From: Deltaproteobacteria bacterium
GTDB taxonomy: Bacteria > Desulfobacterota > Binatia > UBA1149 > CAYXZP01
DNA: 64,000 nt
Assembly (NCBI GenBank): GCA_046583395.1
Contig: JAYGCK010000084.1
Coordinates: forward strand, 5,054-69,053
Direction of reading: 5' to 3'
The notes under the pieces are model-generated. The model worked only from the letters and a program-made list of their open reading frames with translations, made no database searches and was not told where the DNA came from. The position numbers and the translations under genes were made by a program. Within the stretch, counting starts at the first letter, position 1; every line of letters starts with the position of its first letter. Positions 42,446-52,491 of this stretch are shown piece by piece.

Positions 42446-43054
42446 GTGGACGTGTTTGAACAGGAAAACAGTCCGAGCTTGGCCGAAGAGCGGCTGGAGG
42501 AACTTTTCCGTGAGATGGTCTGTGGTGGTCTCGAGGACCAATCGCTGGACGTCTCCGAGTTCACCGAGTTCTATCTGGTTCGCCTCCTTTCCGTGTTCCT
42601 GCGCGCCGACCCCGAACAGTTGTCCCGTGTTCTCGGGGTGGAGCTTCTGAGCGCGGTCAACCTCGACCCCGAACTCCGCTACCGCAAGCTCAAGGACGTG
42701 GCCGATACTTCGCTGTTCATGTCGGGAGTCTTCTTAGACAACATCGAGGCGCGACTTCCCGCGACCGATTATTTTTTCGAAGTTGGTAGCCGTGCATACC
42801 TCGACCTGAGCAGCATAGAGTTGCCGACCGAACCCACCGGCCAGGCCTTTGCCGAGACTTACGATGATTTGGGCCGGCGTTTCGAGGACTTCGCGCGGGT
42901 CTTGGGCTCTGTTTCCGACCAGAACCTGTTTGCCTCCAACGAGACCCTGCTCAGGCTCTACCGGCGCTGGTTGGCCTCGGGCAGCGCGCGGGACCGCCAC
43001 CGCCTTACGGCGCTAGGCCTGATTCCCGTCGACGAGAGTCCGGACATCCACTGA
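42446..43054 (+). CDS. hypothetical acidic, predicted all-helical cytoplasmic protein
   Basis: 202 aa. GTG start preceded by a strong SD (CTGGAGGAGGTG). No TM helix or signal peptide, and no family recognised. It is the last gene of the mrp-mla co-directional cluster. Confidence 0.5.
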   Translation: MDVFEQENSPSLAEERLEELFREMVCGGLEDQSLDVSEFTEFYLVRLLSVFLRADPEQLSRVLGVELLSAVNLDPELRYRKLKDVADTSLFMSGVFLDNIEARLPATDYFFEVGSRAYLDLSSIELPTEPTGQAFAETYDDLGRRFEDFARVLGSVSDQNLFASNETLLRLYRRWLASGSARDRHRLTALGLIPVDESPDIH

Positions 43055-43696
43055 CCCGCCCGATTTTCGTGCCTCGACGACCGTGAACAATGACCACGGC
43101 GAGGTCTTGTAGACCCGTTCGGGGTCGAGGCGTCCATCGACCAGTTCGGTGAGGCTCAAGCGGGTCGACCAGCCCAGTTTGCGCGTCAACGGGTCAACGA
43201 GATTGACCATGCCGCGCAGCACCTTCCGGGGGCTCGAGAAGTGGTTGATCATTACGATAGTCCCGTCGTCCTTGCAGGCCCGGGCCATGGCGGCCACCAG
43301 GCGCTGGGGGTCGGGAACCACCGTGACCACGTGAAAGGCGGTCACATAGTCGAAATGCTCCGCCGGCAGTTGCATGGTCATGGCATCCATTTCGAGCAAT
43401 TGGATGTGGGAGTGCCGGTGCGGGTCGAGCTTGCGACGGGCCTGTTCGAGCATGGGCCCGGAAAGGTCGATGCCGGTCACCTCGCAGTGCCCGGGATAGG
43501 CGTCGAGCGAGAGGCCGGTGCCGACACCCACCTCGAGCACACGCGCACCCGGAGGGATGTCGAGTTGCCGGATGACCGAGGCAATACGGCGGGAGAACAC
43601 GCCCTTAAAGACGTGGTCGTACACACCGGCCAGGTCCGAATAGAGGCGGCTCCTATGTGGTAGGCCTGGTCTGGGCTGGGGCAACGGGCTGCTGTT
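43013..43696 (-). CDS. class I SAM-dependent methyltransferase (phospholipid N-methyltransferase PmtA-like)
   Basis: SAM motif VLEVGVGTGLSL and a methyltransferase fold. Start taken at MNSSPLPQ. Its 3' end overlaps the convergent hypothetical gene. Confidence 0.6.
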   Translation of the reverse strand, partial: NSSPLPQPRPGLPHRSRLYSDLAGVYDHVFKGVFSRRIASVIRQLDIPPGARVLEVGVGTGLSLDAYPGHCEVTGIDLSGPMLEQARRKLDPHRHSHIQLLEMDAMTMQLPAEHFDYVTAFHVVTVVPDPQRLVAAMARACKDDGTIVMINHFSSPRKVLRGMVNLVDPLTRKLGWSTRLSLTELVDGRLDPERVYKTSPWSLFTVVEARKSGGSVDVRTLVDGNQA

Positions 43697-43765
43697 CATA
43701 ACGATAGCGGGCCGACGGCCCACCGGGATAGCACGGGCGATGGCCCGCCGAAAACCGAGCGCCTC

Positions 43766-44665
43766 TTATCGCCTCTTCCAGTACTCGACCACCGGACTGG
43801 CGATAAAGATTGAGGAATAGGTGCCGGCGCTAAGTCCGATAAGCAGCGTGAACGCGAAACCGTGGATTACCCCTCCCCCGAGAAAGAACAGCACCAGCAG
43901 GACTATCAGGGAGGTTCCGGTCGTCAGCAGGGTGCGCGAGAGCGTTTCGTTGATGCTCCGGTTGATAATGTCGCCCAGCCCGCCCTTTTTGAGCCTCTTC
44001 ATGTTCTCGCGAATACGGTCGGACACCACCACCGTGTCGTTGACGGAATAACCCACAACGGTCAGCAGGGCTGCGACCACGCTGAGGTTGACCTCGACGG
44101 AGGCCAACGAAAGCGCCCCGAGGGTAATGAGGACATCGTGCGCGAGCGCGGCGCCTGCCCCGATACCGAAACGAAGGTCGAAGCGAATCGCAATATAGGC
44201 CCCCATCATCAAGGTGGCGAAGATTACCGACAGTATCCCGCGACGCCTGAGCTCCTTGCCGACACGGGGGCCGACTATTTCGGTGCGTTTTTCCTCGAAC
44301 CCGGCATCGGCGAACGAGGTCCGTAGCTGGTTCTTGATTAGCGCCGCCCGGCCGCCTCCGACCTTTTCGTCACCGACTGGCACCCGCAGGAGGTACTCGC
44401 CCGGCTCGGTGCCGAACTCCTGTACTGAGATTGCACCGATGTTCTGTAGTCCGGCCACCGAATCGCGCACCTCCTCTATTCCGACCGAGGGGTCCACTCC
44501 GACGTGCAACATCAAGCCGCCGGTGAAGTCGATTCCGTAGGCAGGCCCGCCTTTGGCGATAAGGGAAGCAAGGCCCACGGCGATTAAGACGGCCGACAGC
44601 GCAAAGGCTGTCTTGCGTAACCGAATGAAGTCGATGTCTATGTCTGGCCGTACGAGTTCTAGCAT
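43766..44665 (-). CDS. secF: protein translocase subunit SecF
   Basis: 299 aa with 6 TM helices and SecF motifs. Confidence 0.9.
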   Translation of the reverse strand: MLELVRPDIDIDFIRLRKTAFALSAVLIAVGLASLIAKGGPAYGIDFTGGLMLHVGVDPSVGIEEVRDSVAGLQNIGAISVQEFGTEPGEYLLRVPVGDEKVGGGRAALIKNQLRTSFADAGFEEKRTEIVGPRVGKELRRRGILSVIFATLMMGAYIAIRFDLRFGIGAGAALAHDVLITLGALSLASVEVNLSVVAALLTVVGYSVNDTVVVSDRIRENMKRLKKGGLGDIINRSINETLSRTLLTTGTSLIVLLVLFFLGGGVIHGFAFTLLIGLSAGTYSSIFIASPVVEYWKRR

Positions 44666-44669
44666 GTTC

Positions 44670-46217
44670 CTAGATGCTGGCGCTCTGACCGCTTCGGCCC
44701 AGCGCTATGGCCTCGTGAAAAACGCGGGCGGCGAACACTGCGCTAAAGATGGTGCTGCCGACTCCTATGCATAGTGTCAGGGCAAAGCCTTTTATCGGCC
44801 CCGAACCGAACTGAAACAGAATGAGTCCGGCCAGGAAGGTGGTCACGTTGGAATCCAAAATGGCAGGCAGAGCCCGGCTGTAGCCTGCTTCTATGGCGGC
44901 AAGTCCGGTTTGGCCGCCGCGCAACTCCTCGCGGGTACGTTCGTTAATGAGCACGTTGGCGTCTACGGCCATGCCCAGAGTCAGAACGATGCCGGCGATA
45001 CCGGGCAGCGTAAGGGTGGCCTGAAAGGCGGCGAGCACCCCGAGCAACAGCACGACGTTGATTACGAGCGCAATGTCGGCGACCAGGCCGGCGAGCCGGT
45101 AGTAGATGAGCATAAAGATAATTATGAACAGGCCGCCTATGAGAAATGACCTGGTCCCGCTTCTTATCGAATCACGTCCCAAGGACGGGCCGACGGTCCT
45201 TTCCTCGGCAATGGTGACGGGCGCGGGAAGTGCGCCGGCGCGCAGCACGATGGCTAGGTCGCGGGCCTCGTCGAGCGTGAAGCTGCCGGTTATGACGGCA
45301 CGCCCACCGCCAATGCGCTCTTGTATCACCGGGGCGCTCTGAACCCGGCCGTCGAGCACGATGGCCAGCCGGCGGCCTACGTTGTCGCGGGTGACACGCT
45401 CGAATATGCGCGCTCCGCTCGAGTTGAGCGTGATTGAGATATAGGGCGGGTCGCCGTATTGGGCCGGACGGTGGCGGGCGTCGGATATGACCTCCCCACT
45501 CATCAGGACCGTCGGCTCCACGTTATAGCTGTTCTCGCTTTCCAGGCCCGTGAACGAATCGACCTCGGTACCCGGCAGCGTGATGTTGCCGGGCCCTTCG
45601 CGTTCGGCGAGTAGATGGAACTCGAGCTGGGCGGTGCGGCCGATGAGGGCCTTTGCGCGTTCGGGGTCCTGGACACCCGGCAACTGGACGAGTATCCCGT
45701 TGGTCCCGGTTCGCTGGATGGTCGGCTCGGCCACGCCGAACTCGTCCACGCGATTGCGTATGGTCTCGAGCGCCTGGTCGATGGCCAATTGCCGGATGCT
45801 GTCCTTCTCGGGTTCGATCAAGCGAAAACGCATCCTCCGTCCGTCGCTCGGCCGCTGTTCGAGGGCCGGGTAGCGTTCGGTGACGATTTCTTCGAGGTCC
45901 CCGGCGCGCGAACGGCTGACCAGGTCGAAGGCCATGGTGTCGAGGCCGACCCTTTGCCAGGAACGGGTCGCTATCCCATCATCGCGCAGTTCCCGCTTCA
46001 TCTGTTCCATCAACAGGTCCACCGAGTTCTCGACGGCCTTGTCGGCCTGAACCTCGAGGACCATGTGAATGCCGCCACGTAGGTCGAGACCGAGCCGTAT
46101 CGCCTGTGAGGGCAACCAACCCGGTGTCCGTTCGACCACCGAAGGCACCAGGAACAGAGCCGCCATAAGGACGGCCACGGCCACGGTGACCGCGCGCCAT
46201 CTGAGGTTAGAGGCCAA
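44670..46217 (-). CDS. secD: protein translocase subunit SecD
   Basis: 515 aa with a periplasmic domain and 6 TM helices. Confidence 0.9.
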   Translation of the reverse strand: MASNLRWRAVTVAVAVLMAALFLVPSVVERTPGWLPSQAIRLGLDLRGGIHMVLEVQADKAVENSVDLLMEQMKRELRDDGIATRSWQRVGLDTMAFDLVSRSRAGDLEEIVTERYPALEQRPSDGRRMRFRLIEPEKDSIRQLAIDQALETIRNRVDEFGVAEPTIQRTGTNGILVQLPGVQDPERAKALIGRTAQLEFHLLAEREGPGNITLPGTEVDSFTGLESENSYNVEPTVLMSGEVISDARHRPAQYGDPPYISITLNSSGARIFERVTRDNVGRRLAIVLDGRVQSAPVIQERIGGGRAVITGSFTLDEARDLAIVLRAGALPAPVTIAEERTVGPSLGRDSIRSGTRSFLIGGLFIIIFMLIYYRLAGLVADIALVINVVLLLGVLAAFQATLTLPGIAGIVLTLGMAVDANVLINERTREELRGGQTGLAAIEAGYSRALPAILDSNVTTFLAGLILFQFGSGPIKGFALTLCIGVGSTIFSAVFAARVFHEAIALGRSGQSASI

Positions 46218-46220
46218 GCG

Positions 46221-46559
46221 TCAGCTTCCTTTTACTGATTTCTGAGCATTACTGCTGGCTGGGGCCTGTAGTGCCGTGATTTGCTGTTTGTCGTATTTGA
46301 CCCGCACGTTGTCGGCAATCTCTAGATTGACGGTGTCCTCGCCGACCTCGACTATCCGGCCGTGCAAGCCACCCGTGGTCACGACGGCGTCGTTTCGTTT
46401 GAGGCCGGCGATAAGTACCTTGTGTTCTTTCTGTCGCTTCATCTGTGGACGAATCAGAAGGAAATAGAAGACGCCCAATATCAGGATTAACGGGAAGAAG
46501 GTCTGTAGCCCCCCCGGCGGCCCGGACTGGGCCAACACCAGCGCCTCGTTCACTGTCAT
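46221..46559 (-). CDS. yajC: preprotein translocase subunit YajC
   Basis: 112 aa with a single TM helix and the YajC motif. Confidence 0.85.
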   Translation of the reverse strand: MTVNEALVLAQSGPPGGLQTFFPLILILGVFYFLLIRPQMKRQKEHKVLIAGLKRNDAVVTTGGLHGRIVEVGEDTVNLEIADNVRVKYDKQQITALQAPASSNAQKSVKGS

Positions 46560-46561
46560 CT

Positions 46562-47698
46562 TCAGTTCTCCCCCTCTTGGCTGGAGAGGAACTCCCGGCG
46601 GAACTCCTCGTATCGTCCGGCGGCAATGGCCTGCCGAATCTGCCGCATCAGCCGACCATAGAAGCTTAGGTTGTGATAGCTAGCAAGCGACGCTCCCAAC
46701 ATCTCCTTGCGTTTCGAGAGATGGTGGAGGTAGCCACGCGAGAAGTTCGCACAGCAGTAGCATCCACAGCTTTCATCGACCGGGAGCGGGGACCGGGCGT
46801 GCCGGGCATTGCGGATAGAGAGGTTGCCGTGGCTGGTGAACAGAAGGCCGTTGCGGCCGCCACGGGTCGGCATAACACAGTCGAACATGTCGTAGCCCCA
46901 GCCGGCGAGTCGGACCAGGTCGGACGGAGTACCCATTCCCATCATGTAGCGCGGGCGGTCTTTGGGCAGGAAGGCCACGCTGGTTTCAGCGGCCGCCATC
47001 GTGTCGTCGCGGTCCTCGCCCACGGAGAGGCCCCCGACGGCATGGCCGTCAAAACCCATCGTTGCTAGTTCGCCGGCGTTTTCGCGCCTGAGGTCCTCGA
47101 ACAGCCCGCCCTGCATGATGCCGAACACGGCTGTTGCCGGGTGCTCGCCCTTGTCGCGCTCCACCTTGGTCCGTACCGCCCACCTGAGCGTTCGGGCAGA
47201 GGTCGCCGCGGCCTCGTCGCGGTCTCCGGGCCGACCGGTGAAGACATCAAAGGCCATCGCGATGTCCACGCCCAAGACCTGTTGTGCGACAAGGGCCGAT
47301 TCGGGCGTTATTTCCATGCGCTGGCCGTCGAGTTCCGAGCGGGCAACGGCGCCCTGTTCGTTGACCTCGAGTTCGGCCGACAGGCTGAAGAGCTGAAAGC
47401 CGCCGCTGTCGGTCAGGATGGGCCCCGGCCAGGACATGAAACGATGGATGCCGCCAAGTTCGCCTATGGTCTCCACCCCGGGCCGCAAGGACAGATGATA
47501 GGCGTTGGCCAGCACTATCGCCGCGCCGGTATCGGCCAATTGGGCCGGGGTGAGCCCGCGTACCGCGCCGTATGTTCCGACAGGCATGAAGGCGGGCGTT
47601 TCGAAGGCTCCATGTCCGGTGGTGACCAGTCCGGTCCGTGCACGGCCGCCGCCCTTGGACGTTCCCAAGCTGTCAAGCTCGAAGCTGAGAGCGCTCAC
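46562..47698 (-). CDS. tgt: queuine tRNA-ribosyltransferase
   Basis: 378 aa. Carries FETPAFMPVGT and the C-terminal zinc site CGCYCC. Confidence 0.9.
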   Translation of the reverse strand: MSALSFELDSLGTSKGGGRARTGLVTTGHGAFETPAFMPVGTYGAVRGLTPAQLADTGAAIVLANAYHLSLRPGVETIGELGGIHRFMSWPGPILTDSGGFQLFSLSAELEVNEQGAVARSELDGQRMEITPESALVAQQVLGVDIAMAFDVFTGRPGDRDEAAATSARTLRWAVRTKVERDKGEHPATAVFGIMQGGLFEDLRRENAGELATMGFDGHAVGGLSVGEDRDDTMAAAETSVAFLPKDRPRYMMGMGTPSDLVRLAGWGYDMFDCVMPTRGGRNGLLFTSHGNLSIRNARHARSPLPVDESCGCYCCANFSRGYLHHLSKRKEMLGASLASYHNLSFYGRLMRQIRQAIAAGRYEEFRREFLSSQEGEN

Positions 47699-48705
47699 AG
47701 GACAAGCATCGCGTCGCCGTAACTGTAGAAGCGATAGCGCTCGTCAACGGCTTCCCGGTAGGCGGCCTCGGTCAGTTCGGTTCCGGCAAGGGCGGCGACC
47801 AGGCCGAGCAACGTGGTGCCGGGAAGGTGGAAATTGGTGAGCAGCGCGTCCACCGCGCTGAACCGGTGGCCGGGCCGAATGAACAGGTCGGTGTGGCCGG
47901 CAAACGCGGTCAGGGTTCCGTCGGGTCCGACCGCGGTCTCGAGCGTACGTACGCTTGTCGTGCCCACGGCCACCAATCGGCCGCCCGCGGCGTGCTGCCG
48001 ATTGACCACATCCGCCAGAGCCGGCGTGACCTCGCAGCGCTCGGCTTCCATTGAGGTTTGGCCGGGCCGGAGGGGCGTGAATGTGCCCGGACCAACGGCC
48101 AGGGTCAGCGTCGAGAACCCGATGCCTGCAGCATCCAGCCTGGCGATGAGGTCGTGGGTGAGATGGAGCCCGGCCGTGGGCGCGGCCACAGAGCCCGCGC
48201 GTTTGGCATAGACCGTCTGATACCGGTCACGGTCCGACCGGACCGGCGGGCGGTCAATGTAGGGGGGTAACGGCACCTCGCCATGCTTGGCCAAAAGTTC
48301 GAGTAGTTCTTTACCCCCGAGCGCCAGGTGGCAGCGTCCGTTGGCGGCGCTGTCGACCACAACGCTCATGCCGCCCGAAAGCGACAGCCTCTCTCCCGCC
48401 CTGACGCCCTTGCTCGAGCGCAGCAGACACTCGGTTGGACCCGGACCGTTGGGAATTACGAGCAACTCCACCCTCCCCCCGGTCTCGCGCCGCCCCCGGA
48501 TGCGCGCCGGTACGACCGCACTATCGTTGGCAACTAGCAGGTCACCAGCACCGAGAAGGTCGGGCAGCTCGGATACCCGGTGGTGGGAGATGCCGGGCTG
48601 TCCACGACGGCGGACCACCATGAGGCGAGCCTGTTCGCGCTCGGGCGCGGGCTCCTGAGCTATCAGTTCACGAGGGAGCGAGTAATCGAAGGGCGGCGGG
48701 CACAC
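47695..48705 (-). CDS. queA: S-adenosylmethionine:tRNA ribosyltransferase-isomerase
   Basis: 336 aa; QueA-type N-terminus (FDYSLPRELIAQEP). Confidence 0.9.
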   Translation of the reverse strand: MCPPPFDYSLPRELIAQEPAPEREQARLMVVRRRGQPGISHHRVSELPDLLGAGDLLVANDSAVVPARIRGRRETGGRVELLVIPNGPGPTECLLRSSKGVRAGERLSLSGGMSVVVDSAANGRCHLALGGKELLELLAKHGEVPLPPYIDRPPVRSDRDRYQTVYAKRAGSVAAPTAGLHLTHDLIARLDAAGIGFSTLTLAVGPGTFTPLRPGQTSMEAERCEVTPALADVVNRQHAAGGRLVAVGTTSVRTLETAVGPDGTLTAFAGHTDLFIRPGHRFSAVDALLTNFHLPGTTLLGLVAALAGTELTEAAYREAVDERYRFYSYGDAMLVL

Positions 48706-48723
48706 GTCGGCCGGCCCGCGCCA

Positions 48724-49476
48724 TCACTCCTTTCCGCCGGTGAGTTTGCTGGTCAGCAAACTAATCAGGTCGATGGGCACGGGCAGTACGACCGTCGAGT
48801 TGTGCTCCGAGGCAATCTCGGTGAGCGTCTGCAAGAAGCGCAGTTGGATCGACACTGGCTGGGTGGACAGACGTTCGGCCGCCTCGGTCAATTTTGACGA
48901 GGCCTGCAACTCGCCTTCTGCGTTAATCACCTTGGCACGCCGCTCACGCTCGGCCTCGGCCTGCTTGGCCATCGCGCGTTGCATCTCTTGGGGCAGGTCG
49001 ATGTGCTTGACCTCCACCGAGACGACCTTGATGCCCCAGGGGTCGGTTTGCTCGTCGAGTATTGTCTGTATTTGGAGGTTTATACGCTCTCGGTCAGAAA
49101 GCAGGTCGTCGAGGTCTACCTGGCCGCACACGCTGCGCAGCGTCGTCTGGGCCAGTTGCGAGGTGGCATAGAGATAGTTTTCCACCTCGACGACGGCCTT
49201 GCTGGGGTCGATCACACGGAAATAGAGGACCGCGTTGACCTTCATCGTGACATTGTCGCCGGTGATTACATCCTGGCTGGGGACGTCCATGGCGATGGTC
49301 CGCATGTCGATACGCACCATCCGTTCGATGCCCGGTATGACATAGATAATCCCGGGGCCGCGATGCTTCACCAGTCGCCCCAAGCGGAGCACGACGGCAC
49401 GCTCGTATTCCTTCATGATTTTAAGGCCGCTTATCAGGGCGGCAGCAACTGCGGCGAGTACGTATATTACCAACAT
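48724..49476 (-). CDS. SPFH/band-7 (stomatin-like) protein
   Basis: 250 aa with an N-terminal TM helix, an SPFH domain and a coiled-coil C-terminus ([16 protein letters not shown]). Confidence 0.85.
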   Translation of the reverse strand: MLVIYVLAAVAAALISGLKIMKEYERAVVLRLGRLVKHRGPGIIYVIPGIERMVRIDMRTIAMDVPSQDVITGDNVTMKVNAVLYFRVIDPSKAVVEVENYLYATSQLAQTTLRSVCGQVDLDDLLSDRERINLQIQTILDEQTDPWGIKVVSVEVKHIDLPQEMQRAMAKQAEAERERRAKVINAEGELQASSKLTEAAERLSTQPVSIQLRFLQTLTEIASEHNSTVVLPVPIDLISLLTSKLTGGKE

Positions 49477-49480
49477 TAGT

Positions 49481-50782
49481 TCACTCCCTTTCTTCTTTGA
49501 CCTCGAGTTCGAGCCCGACGACGGCCTCGACCCGCACTTTCCGTCCTTCGGCTATCTCTTGGCGGCTGCTCGCGTTCCACAGTTCGCCGCTGACCTTGAC
49601 CTTCCCGTTCGCGCCGACCTTCGTGACGGCCGTGCCGGTGGCGCCCAGCAGGCCTTCGGTGCCGGTGCGCGCCTGGCGGCCACGGTCGCGTACGAGCAAT
49701 CCCAATATCGCCACCACGGCAACCGTAAACATGGTTATGGTGACGACCAGGTAGCCAATGTCAACGGACAGCCCGGATTCGGGCGTGTACAGGAAAAGCG
49801 AACCGAGGGTCAAGGCCACGATGCCGCCCATCCCGAGCACACCGAAGCTCGGCATCAGCATTTCCCCGAGGAGAAACGCCATGCCCAGCAAGATGAGCAG
49901 TACCCCGATCGAGTTGATTGGCAGCACCTGTCCGGCCAGTAGCGCCAGCAGCAGGCAGATGGCACCGACCACGCCGGGAAAGACCGCGCCGGGGTTGGAG
50001 AACTCCATGTATAGGCCGAGCATGCCGGCCATCATAAACAGGTAGGCGATGTTGGGGTCGGCGACCAGTTCCAAAACCCTTTGACGTAATGTCCGCTCCA
50101 CGTCCGATACCGAACCCGCGCTTGCCCCCTCGAGGTCCAGCGTGACCGTCCGGCCGTTGAGTTCGATTTCGCGGCCGTGGGCAAGGCGCAACAGCTGATC
50201 GATATCGGACGCCACCAGGTCGACCACGTTCTTTTCCAAGGCCTCCTGCTCGGTGATGGAGACGCTCTCGCGGACGGCCTGTTCGGCCCACTCGCCGTTG
50301 CGGCCGCGCCGCTCGGCTATCGATTCGACGAAGGATGCGGCGTAGTTTTCGACCTTGGTCCGCATGTCACTTTGGATGTCACCGCCCTGACCCGACACCG
50401 GGTGGGCGGCCCCTATGTTGGTTCCCGGTGCCATCGCGGCCACATGGGCGGCCATGGTGATGAAGACACCGGCGGAGGTTGCTCCGGCCCCGCCGGGCGC
50501 GACGTAGACAATCACGGGGACCTCGGAGGCGAGGATGGATTTGACGATGGTCTTGGTCGAGTTGAGCAGGCCCCCGGGGGTGTCGAGCTCGACAATGAGC
50601 GCCAGTGCACCCGCGCTCTCCGCCCCCTTGATGGCCGAGTCGAGATAATCGGCCACTGCCGGGCTGATGGGACCATTGATGCTGATACGATGGACGGGCG
50701 GGGCGGCCAGGCTCCAAGTACCGGACAGCAACGCTAGCCAGAGCGCGGCCAACACAAGGCCCGGCAAGTTACGAGAGTTCAC
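49481..50782 (-). CDS. NfeD-family membrane-bound ClpP-class protease
   Basis: Contains a ClpP-like domain, TM segments and a C-terminal OB domain. I placed the start at a GTG that overlaps the uracil-DNA glycosylase stop (GTGA). The 108-aa upstream extension is rejected. Confidence 0.7.
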   Translation of the reverse strand: MNSRNLPGLVLAALWLALLSGTWSLAAPPVHRISINGPISPAVADYLDSAIKGAESAGALALIVELDTPGGLLNSTKTIVKSILASEVPVIVYVAPGGAGATSAGVFITMAAHVAAMAPGTNIGAAHPVSGQGGDIQSDMRTKVENYAASFVESIAERRGRNGEWAEQAVRESVSITEQEALEKNVVDLVASDIDQLLRLAHGREIELNGRTVTLDLEGASAGSVSDVERTLRQRVLELVADPNIAYLFMMAGMLGLYMEFSNPGAVFPGVVGAICLLLALLAGQVLPINSIGVLLILLGMAFLLGEMLMPSFGVLGMGGIVALTLGSLFLYTPESGLSVDIGYLVVTITMFTVAVVAILGLLVRDRGRQARTGTEGLLGATGTAVTKVGANGKVKVSGELWNASSRQEIAEGRKVRVEAVVGLELEVKEERE

Positions 50783-51543
50783 GAACCGCCCCGCCCGCTC
50801 TTTGCCGGCCCAAGCCCGAGCCGTTCCATCACGGTCTGTATGTCCTGCCACACCTCGCGCTTGCCGCCCGGGTTTCTGAGTAGGTAGGCCGGGTGGAAGG
50901 TCGGCATCACCGGTACGCCGCCGTAGTCGTGCCAGCTGCCCCGCACTTTCGATATCGGCACCCGGGTGCCGAGCAACACTTGGGTGGCAAAGGCCCCGAG
51001 GCTCACGATTACGCGCGGCCGTATGATGGCCACCTGGCGATGAAGGAAGGGCTGGCAGGCCACTATCTCGTCGGGCTCGGGGTTGCGATTGCCCGGAGGC
51101 CGGCACTTGACCACGTTGGCGATGTATACGTCCTCGCGGGTCAGCCCCATTCCCTTGGTGATGATGTCGGTTAGCAACTTGCCTGCCCGGCCGACGAACG
51201 GGATGCCCTGGCGGTCCTCGTCCTCACCCGGGCCTTCACCGACGAACATCAGCTCGGCCGAAGCGTTGCCGGCGCCGAACACGATATTGGTGCGACCCTG
51301 ATGGAGCTTGCAGCGCTGACAATCGCCCAGGACCTCGGTGAGCGCGGTCAGGGTCGTCGCCTCCCTTATGCCGGGTTCCACCAAAGAGGCTTCCTGTTCC
51401 ACGCGTTCTTTCGGGGCACGGCCTGTGGAGCCTGCCGCGGCTTGTGCCGGTGCCGGGACCAAGTCGGTTCCGAGGTCGAGTTCGCGGGTTAGGTATTCGC
51501 GCGCGACTTTGAGCGCATCGCCCTGTTGAGACTTGGCCTGCAC
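50779..51543 (-). CDS. uracil-DNA glycosylase, family 4
   Basis: Family-4 UDG 4Fe-4S/active-site region CQRC...[19 protein letters not shown]. The start may be internal, because the N-terminus is longer than usual. Confidence 0.7.
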   Translation of the reverse strand: MQAKSQQGDALKVAREYLTRELDLGTDLVPAPAQAAAGSTGRAPKERVEQEASLVEPGIREATTLTALTEVLGDCQRCKLHQGRTNIVFGAGNASAELMFVGEGPGEDEDRQGIPFVGRAGKLLTDIITKGMGLTREDVYIANVVKCRPPGNRNPEPDEIVACQPFLHRQVAIIRPRVIVSLGAFATQVLLGTRVPISKVRGSWHDYGGVPVMPTFHPAYLLRNPGGKREVWQDIQTVMERLGLGPAKSGRGGS

Positions 51544-52491
51544 CGCTATAGGTTCACCGTCACGCCGGGCACCGCTTCACAGAGCGTGCCGTGGTCGGGC
51601 CCGTTGACCGCCCTTGTCGCAATCGTAGTTCTCGTGGCTCTCGTGGCCGTTCCCGATGTGGCGTGGGCGTGGGGTCCGGTATCGCACATGGTCCACGGTT
51701 CGTCGGTGCTGGCGAACATTACCAGCCTACCTGCAGGGCTACAAGCAGTGCTCGGCGCGCACCAGGACCGTTACCTGTACGGGTGCGTCGGGGCTGATAT
51801 TATACAGGCTAAATTCTACGCAAAGAGCATCGCCACCCACTGTCATCGCTGGACCGTGGCCTGGGCTTTCGTCGAGCGCGCCCGCACCGACGGGCAGCGG
51901 GCATTCGCGTGGGGCTACATGACCCATCTTGCCGCCGACATCATCTCGCATAACCATTTTGTCCCGGCCAATCTCTTGCGAAGCTTCGACAAGCGTACGC
52001 TCGGGCATGCCTATTGGGAGGCGCGGGCCGATTCGGTGCAACGCAGGCGCCACTGGCAGCTGGTGCGCGAGGTGTTGTCGAGCGACTACGGCGATTGTGA
52101 CACGCTGGTCGAAGAGATTGTTGAAGACACGCTGTTCTCCTTTAAGACCAACAAGCGAATCTTCGATTCGTTGATGGCGGTCAGCAAGCTCGAACGGTGG
52201 CAGTTGCTGGTCAAGAACCTTGCCGGGCGTTCGCGGTTGCCGCTCAGCCGCCACACGGTGGACCGCTATAACGAGGCCTGCCTGCGCTGCGCCTTGGACC
52301 TGCTCGGGCAGGGGCGGAACTCTTTTACCCAGCTCGAGGACCCCACAGGGAAGGACGTGCTCCGTCGTGCCATTGCGCTTCGCCGCCGGTTGCGCACGCT
52401 CAAGCGTGAACGGCGTCTACAGTCGGGTGCCGCACGCGACATGGCGCGCGAACTTCTTCCCAATCTCGACGAACTATCGCAGGCCGTTTGA
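51526..52491 (+). CDS. zinc-dependent phospholipase C family protein, secreted
   Basis: N-terminal signal peptide ([13 protein letters not shown]|WGP). His-rich zinc motifs [10 protein letters not shown] and [14 protein letters not shown]. The start may instead be a GTG at about 51589. Confidence 0.55.
   Translation: MRLGLHRYRFTVTPGTASQSVPWSGPLTALVAIVVLVALVAVPDVAWAWGPVSHMVHGSSVLANITSLPAGLQAVLGAHQDRYLYGCVGADIIQAKFYAKSIATHCHRWTVAWAFVERARTDGQRAFAWGYMTHLAADIISHNHFVPANLLRSFDKRTLGHAYWEARADSVQRRRHWQLVREVLSSDYGDCDTLVEEIVEDTLFSFKTNKRIFDSLMAVSKLERWQLLVKNLAGRSRLPLSRHTVDRYNEACLRCALDLLGQGRNSFTQLEDPTGKDVLRRAIALRRRLRTLKRERRLQSGAARDMARELLPNLDELSQAV

Noticed and set aside
50783-51106. 108-aa N-terminal extension of nfeD.
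   Set aside because: It overlaps the uracil-DNA glycosylase gene out of frame and is Arg-rich and low in complexity. A GTG at 50782 overlapping the glycosylase stop gives a typical NfeD start.
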